From an uncultured bacterium (GTDB lineage Bacteria > CAYUVA01), in the NCBI GenBank assembly GCA_964448115.1, contig CAYUVA010000043.1:1-39414 (forward strand): a stretch of 39,414 nucleotides of DNA, read 5' to 3'. The notes under the pieces are model-generated. The model saw nothing but the letters and a program-made list of their open reading frames with translations. It ran no database searches and was not told the DNA's origin. Made by a program: the position numbers and the translations under genes. Position 1 is the stretch's first letter, and each line of letters opens with the position of its first letter. Below are positions 37,137 to 39,414 of this stretch, piece by piece.

Positions 37137-37700
37137 ATGAGTGGAACTAAATTTTTTAGCTTTTTTATCTTAGTTGCCTTGATAGCCATGTTAGTGAACG
37201 CCTGTAGCACTGATGAGACCAAGACCTATCTTTACGGCGCATTCATAGCAGCCAATCCGGACCCCCCCGACTATTCGGTCGCTATGGTGGAACGGGAGCA
37301 GACCAGCGATTATTTCATCGTGGATATAACCGTTTTTGACATCAACGATACTGCCGTTTACGCCGCTGCCTTCGATGTAGTTTACAATCCAGAGGTGATA
37401 GAGTTTATTGAGTGGGAGCAGGGCGAGTATCTTGAACAAACATGCAGCAGTGTCAATTATGCCGTGGAGCCGGATAGCGTGGAGGAAGGTAGGATCATTG
37501 TTGGCATCACCCAGAGCGGCAGTTGTCCAGGTGTGTTAGGAGGTATTGGAGTCCTATTGTCTATGAAATTTAGCGTCATTGCGGAAAAAAAGACTATCAT
37601 GGCATTTGAGAACAACGGACTTTATGATCCCGATGGTAAATATATTACCGGGATTTTATGGTACGGGGGCAGGGCATTCGGCACTGAGACAACAAGATAG
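37137..37700 (+). CDS. Cohesin-like-domain lipoprotein
   Basis: AGGAG SD; lipobox VNA-C; FIVDITV..AFDVVYNPEVIEF..GEYL..GRIIVGI..GVLLSMKF. Confidence 0.7.
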   Translation: MSGTKFFSFFILVALIAMLVNACSTDETKTYLYGAFIAANPDPPDYSVAMVEREQTSDYFIVDITVFDINDTAVYAAAFDVVYNPEVIEFIEWEQGEYLEQTCSSVNYAVEPDSVEEGRIIVGITQSGSCPGVLGGIGVLLSMKFSVIAEKKTIMAFENNGLYDPDGKYITGILWYGGRAFGTETTR

Positions 37701-37835
37701 AAAATTCAGATACTCACACTCATCCTGAGTATGAAACCGTATATGAACATACCCTCTTGCTCATATCTCTCGCCAGATATCTTAATATTACAGTTCGCGT
37801 AGTAATCTTTATTTGTCATAAGGCATGAAAGGCAT

Positions 37836-39122
37836 TCAATCAAATTTTGCATCCTTCTTTAACTGCATTATCCTCAGCTCTTTGGGATACATCAGCATCT
37901 TGCCGGGCCAGGGGTCGAATATCCCCTTTACCGCAAGCCAAATCGAGGTGCACAATATCAAAAGCAATGTCGCCGCTATAAATCTACGCTTCAGCAGTGG
38001 CAAAATCCTCGGCAGGAAAACAAACAACAATGGTATCATGCTGATGTAATACCTCGTAGAGTAGCCTATGCCACCGTAAGAGGTCGTACTCAGGATGTGA
38101 TAGCTGATGTGCAAGACGACCACAAACACGAACGCCATCGCCTGGCGCCGGTGCCTTGCCGTCGGCTTAAGCGCCTCGATCAACAGCATCATAAGTCCAA
38201 CTACCAGTATTGGGCTGTAGCGAAACAAGCCGCGATCCCCCAAGAGCGAATGCCAGGCGTAATTCAATGTAGAACTCCAGGTCTTCTCCTCGAAGTTCTC
38301 CGGTGGTTGCCTAAGCCAATGCCCCACTTGCCAAGCCTCCGGGTGCAGGTACGATGGCAGCAGGTCGCCAAAGACCATGTAATTTACCGTAAAGTGCACT
38401 GCTAATGGTGGTATCATGCCCGCAAACAATAGGAGTATGCGCCATCGATATAATTTTCGGTAGCTAACAAGAAAAATTGTGCTCCCTAAGGACATGAATG
38501 CCCCGCCTGGCGCCTCAAACGACCCACCAAATCCGAGTAAAAGCCCCATCAGAAGAAGGCTACCATCGCTTATTCGCTCCGACTCCCTCATTGAGAACAG
38601 AAGATAGATAACCCCCGTTATGCAAGCCGCCGCTGGCACATGTGCATTGAAGGTTACGCTGTACGACAGTAGGATAGTCGAAATTACAAAGCTAAGTGCC
38701 ATAAACACACTCCAGGAATGACCCATCATAAATGCATCCCTGCTGAGGTGATACATGAGGTAAGCGCAAAACAAGCTGCACAAGCCAACCGTACAAAGAG
38801 TAACCACCCAATAACAGAGCCACATCTGCCCACTGAAGCTGATACCGACTACATTATAGAGTAGCCAGTAGATTACGGCACCCCAAAGGCTGAGCATAGG
38901 GAGTTTATCGCTGTAAAGCCTGCCGTTGACCAGGATCTTATCGCCAGTCTCGAATACCTTGCTTTGGTCGATAGACAAGCTGCCACGCTCAACAAGAGAC
39001 TCCACGGTAGCAAGACGACTGCGGTCATTCCATGAGCCAGGCTGATGTTTAGTCGCCAATAAAAGTAGCAGCGCCAGCCCAATCAACCACTTAAGCCTTA
39101 ATATGTACCTGCAAGCACCCAC
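37836..39122 (-). CDS. Multi-TM GT-C-like protein, paralogue of the membrane domain of 26777-28834
   Basis: NDRSRLATVESLVERG, LYSDK, RGLFRYSP, STRYY; start set to in-frame GTG 39122 (track: TTG 39143). Confidence 0.75.
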   Translation of the reverse strand: MGACRYILRLKWLIGLALLLLLATKHQPGSWNDRSRLATVESLVERGSLSIDQSKVFETGDKILVNGRLYSDKLPMLSLWGAVIYWLLYNVVGISFSGQMWLCYWVVTLCTVGLCSLFCAYLMYHLSRDAFMMGHSWSVFMALSFVISTILLSYSVTFNAHVPAAACITGVIYLLFSMRESERISDGSLLLMGLLLGFGGSFEAPGGAFMSLGSTIFLVSYRKLYRWRILLLFAGMIPPLAVHFTVNYMVFGDLLPSYLHPEAWQVGHWLRQPPENFEEKTWSSTLNYAWHSLLGDRGLFRYSPILVVGLMMLLIEALKPTARHRRQAMAFVFVVVLHISYHILSTTSYGGIGYSTRYYISMIPLLFVFLPRILPLLKRRFIAATLLLILCTSIWLAVKGIFDPWPGKMLMYPKELRIMQLKKDAKFD

Positions 39123-39247
39123 CAATACTAATTTATCACGCAATAAAGCAAAGCAACAGGTTCTCTTTGGAATTTTCTAAATATGCAATTATTTTACAAA
39201 AATCATGATATTTTACGATTTTTTTAGAATAAAGGAAAGAAAGAGGA

Positions 39248-39297
39248 TCACGCAAAGACTCAAAGAACCCAAAGAAGAAAGGTCAGAAGACACAAAA
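39248..39297 (+). repeat. TCACGCAAAG-family repeat
   Basis: tcacgcaaagactcaaagaacccaaag...gacacaaaa. Confidence 0.7.
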
Positions 39298-39301
39298 ATC
39301 T

Positions 39302-39343
39302 TGACGCGCAAAATTGAGTTATCTTTCTATGGAAGTAATCTAA
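39302..39343 (+). repeat. 42-bp dispersed repeat, copy 2
   Basis: 33/42 identical to 19571-19612. Confidence 0.75.
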
Positions 39344-39392
39344 AGCCTCTTCCTTATCACCTGTGATTCAGACAGTAATTTTGTGGCTATTA

Positions 39393-39414
39393 GGCTCCTG
39401 ATTTATCAGGGGCT
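39393..39414. repeat. REP-like hairpin at the window edge
   Basis: gctcctgat-tt-atcaggggc, 9-bp stem with one G:T pair. Confidence 0.5.

Noticed and set aside
37710-37732. atactca/tgagtat hairpin as a terminator between convergent genes
   Set aside because: AT-rich 7-bp stem with no adjacent U-tract; too weak to call
1-39414. rRNA, tRNA, prophage, known defence operon, or HIP1-like ATCGAT enrichment
   Set aside because: No recognisable signatures; ATCGAT looks frequent but Ile-Asp codons could explain it and I cannot count it reliably

Overview
39.4-kb chromosomal window from a diderm bacterium (Omp85, LolA-like, Lgt and GT9 genes; GyrA with a PVC-like QRDR). I see no rRNA, tRNA, CRISPR array or prophage. 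Left to right: an exported, membrane-anchored caspase-family protease running off the left edge (absent from the ORF track); GT4; glpK; a decayed IS110 5' fragment; a degenerate thiolase + DUF35 pair and a double winged-helix protein; a four-gene envelope operon (LolA-like, TPR lipoprotein, CsgG-like lipoprotein, metallopeptidase/PD40/Omp85 fusion); a neutral-ceramidase-family gene; gyrA; lgt; a metallophosphoesterase; GT9; a Thr-type sulfatase-family lipoprotein; an 11.3-kb seven-gene operon (GT4, two radical SAM/SPASM enzymes, galactokinase-like kinase, YfhO-like, GT-C-TPR, TPR protein); then GT4, a cohesin-like lipoprotein and a second GT-C paralogue. The larger spacers are mosaics of short repeats, dominated by an oriented, 8-nt-period C(A/G)CAAAG family placed at gene boundaries. 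All calls are by eye from motifs; no database search was run.
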